From assembly GCA_965113315.1 (NCBI GenBank), contig OZ220368.1: DNA of 64,000 bases; one strand, given 5' to 3'. The notes under the pieces were generated by a model that had not been told where the DNA came from, did no database searches, and was given only the letters and a program-made list of their open reading frames with translations. Below, piece by piece: positions 39,857 through 51,585 of the stretch. Numbering within the stretch: position 1 is the stretch's first letter; each line of letters begins with the position of its first letter. Source of the stretch: Podarcis vaucheri (taxonomy: Eukaryota). The translations under genes were made by a program, and so were the position numbers.

Positions 39857-42395
39857 ATCACTAAATGGAGTGTGAGGAGGATGGGCCTATGAAACCTGTA
39901 CCCCTACCCTGCCTTACCCCCTTAAGGTCTGCTGCTTGAAGAATTGATGCTGGAACAGGGAGATGGGGAATTAAAGCAGCAGTTTTCAGGTAGGTAGGGC
40001 AGGGAAAGGGGTTGTTCCCACCAATCACACCACCCTTCTTCATTGGCTAACCAACAAGCAGGTATTTAACAAACACAGCTGTTGAGCCCCCAGTAGTTTT
40101 CTGGAATTAGGCTGATAGTACTTGAAAAATACTTAAAAGTTATAAAAATAAAAAGGATTCTTCCTTCTGTGAAGTGCTGTGAATAGATGAAGTAGATAAG
40201 AAAGACAATGATGCTTATAGTCCTACTTTTTCACCTTTTGTACATCTTGGTTTTTGCTTCAGGAGGACCGAGTAATCAGCAGTTGGGTCATACTGCAAGA
40301 ATTTAATGGAACATTTTTTCTGGGTTAAGGAAATAACTGGCTCCTCAGAACGAGCATATATTGACAGATGGATTTTTATTGTTTCTATAGTGCCATCTGT
40401 GCATATTGCATTTTACAAAGAACATGTTTGATAGGACCCAACCCCAAAGCATGTGTTCTTAGAAGAACAAAGCATGTGTTCTTACCTGTGCTGTATATCC
40501 ATTGAAGAGAGTACTGAAAAGTCTAGCCCATCCCTTTATAGCCTTCTAAATAAGGGTCTGCTTTGGAGTAATTGGATTTTAAATGGCTGCATCTGCTCAT
40601 AACTTTCTGCTTTGCAGTATCAGTATCTACATGTGTTCACAGCCAACTTGGCCCAGATCTTCTCCAGAAAACAATGCTGAGTGAAAAGTTCAGAATTAGA
40701 TGACAATGCATACTGCAATACAGCAGCTTGTCACCTTAAGCATCTTCATACAGTTATTTGAGATGAAGTAGCAGATGAAGATTCTTCTTGGGTCATACCA
40801 GATGGTTGTCTGGAACACCCTTGCTATGAAACATGGATCAGATGCAGTCTTGACTGGATGTGTGTTAAGTAGCAAAAAGTATGTAAACTGTTTTGATGAA
40901 ATGTAGGAATGATTGCCAGGAGGTAAGTAAAGGTATAAAATGGCAGCATTGAAAAGCAGGGCATTTGAAGTTAGAGAGTGATTTTAACTCCCTCTGTGTG
41001 CCCCAAACTTGAGCTGTGTATCTTTTTAGAGCAGGGAGGAGCAGCTTTTTTGTTCATATACTTGCTGTGTATGAGCCCTTTCGTTGACTGGGTGGGGGAT
41101 AGAGAAGAGCCATGCTACTCTTGTGTGTTTGAGGGTATTAGAGGGGTAATAAGAGATGGTGCCATTATAGTTGAAGCAGATTGGTCTCCTGCTTACCCCA
41201 CCCATCTTACTTGCAGGTTGGGGGTTGTAACCATAAGATATCAGATCTGAATAGAATGTAAATCAAACTGCCTTGACAAACACATAGCCTTTGCCTTTCT
41301 TTACTGATGTGGAAGTTGGTAATATTCAGGCTAACACATTCAGTTTCCCCGGGACCGGTTTCCATTGGTTGTCTAATTTAAGGGAGATAATAGAATCTCT
41401 AAAACTTCCAGTCTGTAGTAATCTCCATATATGCATATCCTTTATACCTGTCTGAAACATATAAAGGCCTGAAAATAGGCTCACTTTCCAGCCAGTTTGG
41501 AGCCTGTGGTTTAATTAAAAATCCTACAGTGGTGGAAGAACTGTGGAGGATTCCTCCCTCCCAACTTGACATGAATTCCAATAAATAAGAAGTTTTTTGC
41601 TTTTGTAGACAAAGTAGCAATGTCAAATAGTATCAAATAGCAACATTATCTAAATAGGGAAATTAACTAGATTTTTTAAGTTGTGAAAACTTTTTAGGCT
41701 AGAAAATTATCTCAGTAAAAGGACTTCATTTGGTTCTGCATATAATTAAAGCATAGCTAGACAACATACTTGAAAAAAAATCCTTGTCCTCTTTCCTCCC
41801 CATATATCATGTGCAGTTGAACAAAATAAAATGCTGTATAAAGAAATGTGCTACATGAAACTTAACCTGACTACTATGCACTACTATTCACTGTACAGAT
41901 GTTTGTTTTGCCATAGTTGCCATTAAATTGGCTTTCTCTTGATCACTGACACCTAACATTGCATATTTCTCTATTAGCATTCATATGGACAAGTATCTCA
42001 GATACTGCATCCTCAGTGTATTAGCTTGTGCAGCAAAAGAGTGAAATCTAAGCTTTGTAGAGCCAGATAGAATAAAATAGTATATCTTTAGCAGCCATCA
42101 ATTGGCTCACTTCCTTGTTCAAGGTGACTTCTGTTTCTAAAAGGGGCCAGCACCCAGTTTAAGGCTGCCAATTGATTATTATAAACAGTGAGCAAGCATC
42201 TGGCTTTACTGAAAGATTATTAACTGTTTTCTGATTTTACTTTCTGGTCCGCTTTCCTGTAATACAAAGATGGTGTGACACACAGAGTGGTAATTGCCTA
42301 TAGTGTGCAGACTAGATGCCTTTTGCGTAATTGTCTTGATTGTATGTTCACACTGATGCTGAAATATTAACAAAGCCCTTGACTAGGCACCTAAG

Positions 42396-42475
42396 ATATT
42401 AACCAGCTTCAGCAGATAATGCGTCTGACGGGGACACCCCCTGCATATCTCATTAACAGGATGCCCAGCCATGAG
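42396..42475 (+). CDS. MAPK14: MAPK14 mutually exclusive exon 9b (80 nt, CSBP1 type)
   Basis: gcccttgactaggcacctaag|AT ATT AAC CAG CTT CAG CAG ... AGC CAT GAG|gtgaga = (H)INQLQQIMRLTGTPPAYLINRMPSHE. U12-like branch CCCTTGAC at 42376-42383, no pyrimidine tract. Same length and phases as 9a. Confidence 0.95.
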
Positions 42476-42519
42476 GTGAGATGTGGCAGGGTGTGCATAG
42501 TGGTCTGCAGTTCAAAACA

Positions 42520-43480
42520 TTTCTTTATTCATTGATCTTTAGCCCATCTTCCAGGGCATAGTCCTACTAACGCTGCTCACAAAACTGAAACAGCATAGAA
42601 CACTTAAATACATTATCACAACTCTGTCTCCCAGTCTAAAACCAACAGTGTTTAAAAACCCCAGCACACTGCACTTAAACAGAAGATAGACCTGAACAGT
42701 TCAGAATCTACTTTAAGGCAAATATAATTGGGTCTCATGAATTCATAGAGGTGGAGCTACTACAACAGAAGTCTGTCTCTGCCAGAGGACTAGCGATTAA
42801 GGCTCTTAAGGCCCAGGCAGGCCCATATGGGTGCTGGCAGTCCATCAGAGAACCTGCTGCCAAACACTTTAGGTCTTTAAAGGCTAAAACCATCACTTTA
42901 CATTGAGCCTTGAAGCAAGCTGGCAACCAGTGAAACTGGTATTATGTAAGGTTCTCAAAACACCTAGCCCCCACAAGCATTCTAGCAGCTGAGTTTCCAG
43001 AGCACATTAAAAAGGTAAAGGTAAAGGACCCCGACAGTTAAATCCAGTCGCAGACGACTCTGGGGTTGCGGCGCTCATCTCGCTTTATTGGCCAAGGGAG
43101 CCGGCGTACAGCTTCCGGGTCATGTGGCCAGCATGACTAAGCCGCTTCTGGCAAACCAGAGCAGCACACAGAAACACCTTTACCTATTTATCTACTTGCA
43201 CCTTTTTTGACGTGCTTTCAAACTGCTAGGTTGACAGGAGCTGGGACCGAGCAACGGGAGCTCACCCCGTCACAGGGATTCGAACCACCGACCTTCTGAT
43301 AGGCAAGCCCAAGAGGCTCAGTGGTTTAGATCATGGTGCCGCCCACGTCTCTCTATCCAGAGCACATTATGATAGTATAATTTGCAGGTTGTCAGAACAT
43401 CGATAAGTGAAGCAAGGTCTGCTTCTCTGCATAGAGCCACAACTGGTGAACTTTCCTAAGCTGATAGAAAGCTTCCCTTT
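42520..43480 (-). mobile_element. Degraded L2-like LINE fragment, interrupted by a Sauria SINE
   Basis: The minus strand gives a decayed KVMVLAFK.L....G.L.D...PY.P...LR (ORF 42735-42926), typical of the L2 ORF2 C-terminus. Boundaries approximate. Confidence 0.6.
43010..43355 (-). mobile_element. Full-length Sauria SINE with 14-bp TSD
   Basis: AAAGGTAAAGGTAAAGGACCCC... to ...GCCCACGTC. TSD TCCAGAGCACATTA at 42996-43009 and 43356-43369. Confidence 0.95.
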
Positions 43481-43987
43481 ATAGTAACTAGGATTTTTAA
43501 AAATGTGCTACTGCACAGCTGTAGGCAGCATAATTAGCTTATACTTTGGGTCTTTTAATAGCAAGTAATGAAAATCCACAAAAGAGAACCAAATTTGCTG
43601 AAACTTTCTAATTAAGTAGTCAACAGATTGTAACCATCCAGTTCAAATGGGACTCTTCTAGTTAGTTGCAGAAACAACATTTGTATTTGGTTAGTGCTCA
43701 ACTACATAAAGACACCTGGATGCCACTGCTGACCTCCAGGAACTTGTCCTCACTTGCAGCAACTTTCAGTATATAACAGGCAATGTTCTTCCAGCCTTAC
43801 AACTCATAGTGCCCTAGTTCCAATGCTTGTTAATTGTATCTCTGTCGCTGTGGTCAGTCTGGATGAGAAGGGGATGAGGATAAGATAGATGCTGATTAAG
43901 CTCAAGCAGGAAAAGGTAGGCACTCAAAGGAGCTTATAATGATTAGGAGGCACAACCTTAAAAAAATGTTTTTTTCTTTTTCTCCAG

Positions 43988-44066
43988 GCAAGAAACTACA
44001 TACAGTCTTTGTCTTACATGCCGAAGATGAATTTTGAAAATGTATTTATTGGTGCCAACCCCTTGG
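43988..44066 (+). CDS. MAPK14: MAPK14 exon 10 (79 nt)
   Basis: tctccag|GCA AGA AAC TAC ATA CAG ... CCC TTG G|gtaaga = [26 protein letters not shown]. Confidence 0.97.
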
Positions 44067-44586
44067 GTAAGACTTATCAGCAGTTCCATTACAGTGGAGA
44101 ATTCAACGTGCAAACATTGAGATGTTTAATGTCTCTCGAGACAGACTGATGTTTTAAAATAGTGCTCTTTGTCCAGGAGGTGAAATAACTATTTAATTTT
44201 TTTATGGACTGCCTTTCTCAACAAAGTCAATGCGAGGCTCAAGCCCACAACTCCTGCTCTACTGACGGAGCTATCCCAGCTCATTAAGTTCAACTCTGCA
44301 TCTTAGTGAAAACTTGCTTTATTTGTAAATTTTGGTTCAAGAGATAATACAACCAAGTGTTAGTTTGTTAAATACTACTTTTAGCTTCCTGTCTGAAGAG
44401 GAATCCAAAGCTGTCCACTCCGATTTGTTTTCTTGCAGGTGCTATTTGCAAAGCAGGTATTGATTGCATACCGCTTGGGATATATATTAAAGTAATACTC
44501 CCAAGTACAGCTTGAACCATAAATTACTCTCCATTGTGAAATTATAATAATCCTTGGACTGCTGGGACTGAATCCTTATCTACTAT

Positions 44587-44725
44587 AGTTGGGATGGGGA
44601 ACTTTTGGCCCTCTTGATGTTGTTGGACTCCTGACTTCCATTAGTCCCAGCCATTATGGCCAATGGTCAGGGGTGATGGGAGTGGTAGTCTAGTCACATC
44701 TGAAGGGCCACAGGTTTCCTGCCCT
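44587..44725. mobile_element. Short palindromic hAT-type MITE (about 140 bp)
   Basis: GGGATGGGGAAC...GGCCCTC..GATGTTG...GGACT / AGT...CATCTG.AGGGCCACAGGTTTCC dyad; related to the 45812, 54660 and 61327 copies. Confidence 0.7.
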
Positions 44726-44799
44726 ACAGCTTTAGGTGGGACTTTTTAAGAACTGTTGTACAATAATTCTCTCTCTTCCTCCTCCCTTGACCCCTGAAG

Positions 44800-44973
44800 C
44801 TGTAGATTTGCTGGAGAAGATGTTGGTGCTGGACACAGACAAACGAATCACTGCTGCTGAAGCATTGGCTCATGCCTATTTTACGCAGTATCATGACCCA
44901 GATGATGAGCCAGTGGCAGATCCCTATGATCAATCCTTCGAAAGCAGAGAACTTGATATTGAAGAATGGAAAA
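44800..44973 (+). CDS. MAPK14: MAPK14 exon 11 (174 nt)
   Basis: cctgaag|CT GTA GAT TTG ... GAA TGG AAA A|gtaagt = (A)[57 protein letters not shown], with the CD docking motif DPDDE. Confidence 0.96.
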
Positions 44974-45811
44974 GTAAGTTTTCTGGGAGACTGGTTTGGT
45001 AAGACAGGTCTTGATGGGTGGCATTCACAAATACTATTACTGTATGCTCATATAGTGAAAGCAAAACTTGACAGGAGGTGATAAAATATCATGCAAGTCA
45101 GTATTACTTTATTCAAAGTAGGGGCAGGGGGCGGTAGGAGAAATAGCTCAGTTCTGGTGGTATATTGTAAAAATAAATAAAAAATACAGTCCTTTGAATT
45201 TGGTGTCATATTAGGCCTGAACCTAATTGGTGGGGGTTCACAAAACCCTTCTTATTTCCATGTGCTGTTCACTGTCAGTAGTGCTTTCTACAGCTTGCAA
45301 CATATTTGCCTTTAAAACTGAAGAAGTGGGACTTCTGTCAGATTGAATAATTCTGTAGGGAATAATGTAGGCAGCATAATATGCAGTTAATCAGAACTGG
45401 ATACATGATGTCACAATCAAACTGGAGTGAGGGGGGCCTTGCTCTGTGAGGGGTGGGGTGGAGGTGGAACACATCCAATGTTTCTCACATCCTGCCCAAC
45501 CGTTGCCAAAGTGGAGGTGTGCAGTTCATGAGGGGTGAAGTCTGTAACACAATGTTCTCCTCAGTTTCTGCATAGTGTTGCATAAAACTGCTGCTCACAA
45601 AAGCAGTAAGTTTATCCTTACTGAATTTGCTTATTGGCCCAATCCACCTCACTACAGATTCTAAATATCTATAATTGGGGATTCTACTGCTTCATTAGGA
45701 TTTGAGGAAAAAGAGTCATCAGCATTCTGCACTTCAAATCCCCACAGTAGTTTGTAGACTTGACAGAACTGGGCCAGCAGCTGCCATGTGTTCTGTCACC
45801 TTGTTCTAGCA

Positions 45812-45947
45812 CAGTGATGACCAAACTTAGTCCTCCAGCTGTTTTGGCACTACAACTCCCATCATAGCTAGCTAACAGGACCAGTGGTTAGGGATGATGG
45901 GAATTGTAGTCCCAAAAAAGCTAGAGGGCCAAGTTTGGCCATCACAG
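45812..45947. mobile_element. Short palindromic hAT-type MITE
   Basis: CAGTGATGACCAAACTT ... AAGTTTGGCCATCACAG ends; internal ACTACAACTCCCATCAT / ATGATGGGAATTGTAGT dyad. Confidence 0.8.
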
Positions 45948-46151
45948 CGGTCCAGCAAGTAGATTCAGGTCTGGCCTATAATTATGTGAATCCAGTGTGC
46001 AAATCTGGAAACAGCTAGTACTTAATTTTAGTTCAACAATCTTCGTTGACTCAGGATTGAATTAACTAGGAGTGATTCATTATCTTGTAGGGAAGGAACT
46101 GTTACCCACCGGCTGCACTAAAGTCAATGTGTCTTTCTTTTTCTCCACCAG

Positions 46152-46219
46152 GCCTAACCTATGATGAAGTAGTTAGCTTTGTGCCACCACCGCTTGATCA
46201 AGAGGAAATGGAGTCTTGA
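46152..46219 (+). CDS. MAPK14: MAPK14 last coding exon (68 nt including TGA)
   Basis: ccaccag|GC CTA ACC TAT GAT GAA ... ATG GAG TCT TGA = (S)LTYDEVVSFVPPPLDQEEMES*. Exon sum with one exon 9 is 1083 nt = 360 aa + stop. Confidence 0.98.
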
Positions 46220-46351
46220 GAATCTATTTCTCTCTCTTTGTCCCATATCACTGTGAGGGGAAGGCCTTTTTCATATGGATTCTCCACATATCATTCAAGT
46301 GCCTCTTGCCGTGAAGATTCTCCTTGGTGGAAGGGTTTTGTGTGTAATTCT

Positions 46352-46353
<2 letters not shown>

Positions 46354-46385
<32 letters not shown>
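46354..46385 (+). repeat. (TG)16 microsatellite in the MAPK14 3' UTR
   Basis: Direct read. Confidence 0.95.
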
Positions 46386-46387
<2 letters not shown>

Positions 46388-48231
46388 GAATGGGGGTGGG
46401 TGGGAGAGTATTTATACAGTAACTGTATAAATAATGCTGCATGTTCTCTTGTATTTTTGTATACAGCCTGGGACATGCTTCTGAAGACCTGTTTGTTTGC
46501 TCTTTAGCCTTTACAGTTGGTAACCAGCTTTCATCGCTTATATGGCAAGGCAGATATTATGCAGGGAAGCTGAGATTTCAAATTCTCAGTAGCAATTCTT
46601 GCCATTAAATGGCTTTCCTATCAAGAAAAGACTTAAGATGATGGAAGCTGAACTTTTACTTGAACTGTGCCCTCTGCTTTCGAAGATAAGAGATAAGAGG
46701 GTGAGGGATGTCTTTCCATTCCATGCCATGCAGCTGCTTTACACCCATAGCCTCTTCCTAGTATTCTGTTCAGCAGGAAGGATGGGCCCATGAATGACTG
46801 GCTACCTGTTGGGAATATTTTGTCTGAACCAGTGTAAAAAAAAAGTTTAAAAAAAAAGTGTGTGCCTTAAATGACTGAGGAGAAATTGGAATCGGGGTTA
46901 GCGTTCTCTTAACAGTGGGATTCTGAGCTTGCTGCTTCCTAGGGTGTTGTGGGCCACAGAATACCCATGTATTACTGGCTGCTTTGGCCAGGATACAAAT
47001 CTACCAAAAATAGGGTGCAGCCCTCATTTTTGGTATCCTCTCTCTTCCCTGCCCAGCTCTGAGATGCCCAGCAGTAGCTCTGTCATGCTGCCTGTTCATT
47101 TTGTATATCTTCTTAAGACAGAGTGTTTTGCATGTTGTAGCTGTGTGTGCATGTAGGCTTCTTTGTGTTATCTGGAGGAGGCACTGGGTTGGTAATCAGC
47201 TAATAAATTACTGTATTCACTACCATGGTCAGAGCCATATACAATTGCAGAATCCATCTATTCTTGTTCAACTCCTGGGTTGACATTTTGGGCACTTTTT
47301 GGATGAAAAGGGGCAAGCGAACATGCACCTTTCTTGGATCTTCCTTTTGTGGCTTTAAAAATGAGTTCATTTGTCAGTTTGTGTGTGCCTGAACACAAGA
47401 TTCAGTTCACTGTATTCATATATGATAGAAATCAAGTAATGATGAGATTGCCCTATTTAGGGACTAAGAGGGGGGCATCACTTCAAGTATTTTGTGTCCA
47501 TCAGGTGTTCTGGGTATCTGAGGTCCTATTTTTAAAGTATTTTCTGAAATTTATATAATGCAGGTATCATGCATGGATTGTACGTCTGTCTCTGAAAGAG
47601 TGAAGCTTTGCAGTATTTTTGTTTTTCCTAATGAATCTGGGATTTTAATGTATTTATCCCTTTTGTACAGAGAAGCCGCCAAAAAAGAAAAAGAAAAAAA
47701 AAAGATGGCATGTGGATAATAAAGCCATCAGTTCCTTCCTTTCTAGTGATCTCCCTTCAGGTCATACCCTCTGTAGAGAGACTTGGGGTCCAGAGAGCAG
47801 TGCTGCTTCATGCTTCTGGTTTGGAGGCCATCTTAAGACCAAACAAAGTCAACTCCCTCTGCTGGACCTGCAGTCTGGGTATTCAGATGGAAATGTAGAT
47901 ATATTCTGTAAAACATAACAGGAAAATTATTTTTATCAGTCGTTTTATGTGTAGATGCTACCGTGTGACTTTCATGCAGAAATGCTATAAAAAAGAATTA
48001 AAAAACTTATAGGTATTTGTGTGAGTGGGAATATCTCAGAAGTTGAGAGTCTATGTGGGAGCCCCTGTGGAGAGCACTCCCTGTCATTTAGTGTGGTGCT
48101 GTTCTACTGCCTCAACTCTGGACAGAAAGTACACACATTAAAAGATAATTTCTGCAAATTTGTATGTATCCAGGAACTTTGCTCTAACTGGTTATGCCAT
48201 ATAGGATTATCACACAATGCCACTGGTTTAA

Positions 48232-48237
48232 AATAAA
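48232..48237 (+). terminator. Likely MAPK14 polyadenylation signal AATAAA
   Basis: ggtttaAAATAAAcctatttttcaaac followed by G/T-rich sequence. An upstream ATTAAA at 47997-48002 is an alternative candidate. Confidence 0.65.
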
Positions 48238-49334
48238 CCTATTTTTCAAACTTAATGGACTGGCGGTGGTGGTTGCAAATTAATGTGTGTCTGTAATTAA
48301 GGTGACTCATTCATTAAGGCAATGGATATGATGTGGCAATGTCTTACAGTTAGTAATTGCACTATGTGTAAAAAGCAAGGAAAAAAATCTTAACTGGCCA
48401 CTGTGTGTTAGCTGGTGGTTGTGTTGCCTTTTTAAATGTCCCTCCCCAACCCAATTACTCTCTTGAATAAAATAATCAAACTAAGCCTGTTCAAATTTGT
48501 AAACAGATACCAAAGACCAATTACTCATCATTACATTTCAATGTTACGACTGGACTCTTGAAAGTACAGACTGTAAGGAATGGTTTTTAAGGTACCCCTG
48601 GTTTGTATCCATTTGAGTTGGTCAACTCTGAAAATGAGCTTCATAAACAAGTCTGAAGAAGCTGGAATTACATCTTCCATGGCCACACTACAAGAAGCTG
48701 TGCTTGTAAAGTTATAAGTCATTCTTAATCCTTCACATTTTACTGACATGCATTCATTGTGCTGGAACAGATATATTTTAAATAATAAAAAGGTGGTGTA
48801 TCTGATTGGTGTGAAGTAGGTAGTGGAAAGAACAGATCAGAGGAAATAACATCTGCCTGCACTTTCTTGTAAACCTGGCTGAAATGTAAACTGGTGTCCG
48901 TAAAATATTCAGGACAAAAGAGTGTGCTTCCTTTTGGGATAAGATGGTGGGAATCCCTCAGCTATAGAGCTGTTATTAAGCTGGAGTTGTCAGTGAGGTG
49001 GTTATCTTTACCTTTTGTATAATTGTTTCTACACACTATTCTCCATCCAGGCAGACAAGAGCATTCAGCATTCAGGGATAAATTATAGCCAGGTAAAAAC
49101 ACTCAAGGAGGATGCAAAACAGGGCTGATGGGTATGGTGACAGAGTCCCTAAGGTCAGGTAGGGATGCCCTGAGGACCACATTTAGACCCAGGCTTGAGG
49201 TTCACAACCTCTTTAGTAGTCTTTAAAGCCAATTCTTTACATTAATCTCCAGAAATCTAATTGGCTATTTGCATTCCAGAATGTTGAGGCTTCCTTCTAA
49301 TCGTTCTTAATCCTGGGGAAAAAGTGAAAAGTAG

Positions 49335-49517
49335 GATTCAGTCCTGGGTTCGGTCCTGGGCCAGTGGTTGGTTTTATAAACAACTTGGATGAAGGAATTG
49401 AGGGCAGATCCCACCAAACTGGGAGGGGTAGTTAAGGCTGCAGAAGACAGAACTGACATTCAATATGACCTTAACAGATTGGAGAACTGGCCCTAAACTA
49501 ACAAAATGAATTTCAAA
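49335..49517 (+). mobile_element. CR1 LINE reverse-transcriptase fragment (frameshifted, internally deleted)
   Basis: Decayed GSVLGP...FIN.LDEGIE...TKLGG...EDR..IQ.DL.RLE.W...N.M.F motif string of the CR1 RT domain. Confidence 0.8.
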
Positions 49518-50181
49518 ATAAATACAGTTAGGGTGCCACAATAATTGAATTTATGTGTGTGTGTTTTAAATGAAAACATAACAATTAAATAGACTGATTT
49601 CAGCAAAGATTCAGAGCCAAATGTTTGTTTCTATGTAAAATTTTCTTCATTGGATTTATTTGACAATCCCAAAAAACACTGGCTTGTACCACTGCAGTGC
49701 TAAATAAGCATCCCAACAGTGCAAGGATGCCTGCTTGCACAAAGTGATTCACACACCCCCATCATCCTCCCCAGGCACACCATAAATCTGTTATGGGGGT
49801 ACCCCCAATATTACAGAGCAGATTTGGGAAGCAGGCAGTGGGACTTGAAGAGGGAAATCCTGTTCCACAAGCAGAAATCCTTGCACTAAAGAGATGCTTC
49901 CATACTTCTGTAATGGAAACAAGCCTGAGTGAAGTGTGACTACTGAACACCTAAATCTACACAATACATTGAAAGTCAATTGGAAATGTGGCTGTAATTG
50001 TGATCACCTTTTAAAATTATCCTTCAGAGCATTTACAAAGATCTCAAATATGCATACAAAAAGACAGTGTTGTAAAAGAGCCATATGTAATATGGCTAGG
50101 TCTTCAAAGTACTCCTACATTGTCTAGCAGAGCCCAGACAGAATGAGATTTGCCCATCTGCTGTGGCATAATTTGTAGATA

Positions 50182-50504
50182 AACGTAAAGGGACCCCTGA
50201 CCGTTAGGTCCAGTCGCGGACGACTCTGGGGTTGCAGCACTCATCTTGCTTTACTGGCTGAGGGAGCCGGCGTACAGCTTCTGGGTCATGTGGCCAGCAT
50301 GACTAAGCCGCTTCTGGCAAACCAGAGCAGCGCACGGAAATGCAGTTTACCTTCCCATCGGAGTGGTACCTATTTATCTACTTGCACTTTGACGTGCTTT
50401 CAAACTGCTAGGTTGGCAGGAGCAGGGACCGAGCAATGGGAGCTCACCTTCTGATCGGCAAGCCCTAGGCTCTGTGGTTTAGACCACAGCACCACCCGCC
50501 TCCC
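50182..50504 (-). mobile_element. Sauria SINE with 12-bp TSD and internal deletion
   Basis: TSD AATTTGTAGATA at 50170-50181 and 50505-50516. Lacks about 27 nt present in the 43010 copy. Confidence 0.95.
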
Positions 50505-51341
50505 AATTTGTAGATACTCACTGTAATAGCACTCTTGCAGCCTTCTAAAATGTTTGATGTACCCTGGCTAATTTGAGCGCAAGGTGTCTCCCTGAGCAAA
50601 GGGATGAAAGCAATTCACAAGCATGACAAACTTGTCCATAATCACCATTCCCTGCATGAGCCTATTAGCTACAGATCCACATTTTTTCACTGTGATCAAC
50701 CCTCTGACCGCTCATAATGCAATAATGCATTCATTTATCCAGCTAATTACAAGCGCCTGCAATCAGCATGTGATGATGTGATCAAGGGAATGGGAATGGC
50801 TCGTGGTAAGTAACTCAAGTAATTACCCAACCATAGTTGCCAAGCAGGGAGGCAACAAGCCAATCAGCTGGTTAGTTGTCCATCCAATTATGGCTATCAT
50901 TTACTTGAAAAATATGAAGTCTCCCTCCATCTCCATCCTACAGGGGAACTCCTAGAAGGAGAAACTAGAGCTGTAATCCATTGACTGGACTATCAAGTGA
51001 GCTATAGAATTGTTCCTGGATAACTGGTGTAAATGAACTCTGTTTGCAATCATCTTTCAGATCCCTCCCGCTTATTTACACATGACTGTTGGGTGAAACT
51101 AATGATTAACTTTGTAGGCAGCTGCTAGTTGTACCACAGGCAGGTGATTTATCATCTTAGACCTACAAGTGGTTCTATTGCTAACTATCTTTGTCCTACT
51201 CCCCAGCCCGCCCACTGAAAGTCAGCACTTCTTCATTGTCTGGAAATGAGATCCATAACTTACAAAGCTGCACGCTGATCAGACAAAAGATATTTAAGAG
51301 TATAAGAGCCCTGCTGGATCAAACCATGGGTTCATCTAGGC

Positions 51342-51585
51342 CATGGGTAGGCAAACTAAGCGCCGGATCCAGCCCAATCACCTTCTAAATCTGGCCCGCG
51401 TACGGTCCGGGAATCTGTGTGTTTTTACATGAGTAGAATGTGTCCTTTTATTTAAAATGCATCTCTGGGTTATTTGTGGGGCATAGGAATTCGTTCATTT
51501 ATTTTTTTCAAAATACAGTCCGGCCCCCCACAAGGTCTGAGGGACAGTGGACCGGCCCCCTGCTAAAAAAGTTTGCTGACCCCTG
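51342..51585. mobile_element. hAT (Charlie-like) MITE with 8-bp TSD
   Basis: ATCTAGGC|CATGGGTAGGCAAACT ... AGTTTGCTGACCCCTG|ATCTAGGC. An 8-bp TSD with TCTAG core is typical of hAT/Charlie elements. Confidence 0.92.

Larger units (their letters stand above)
46220..48260 (+). other. MAPK14: MAPK14 3' UTR (approximate end)
   Basis: No recognisable transposon in about 2 kb after the stop. Ends near AATAAA at 48232-48237, with GT-rich sequence downstream. Confidence 0.7.

Noticed and set aside
44067-44149. Mxi2-like read-through of MAPK14 exon 10 into the intron ([27 protein letters not shown])
   Set aside because: Only the donor-imposed GK resembles the human Mxi2 tail as I recall it, and I saw no nearby canonical poly(A) signal.
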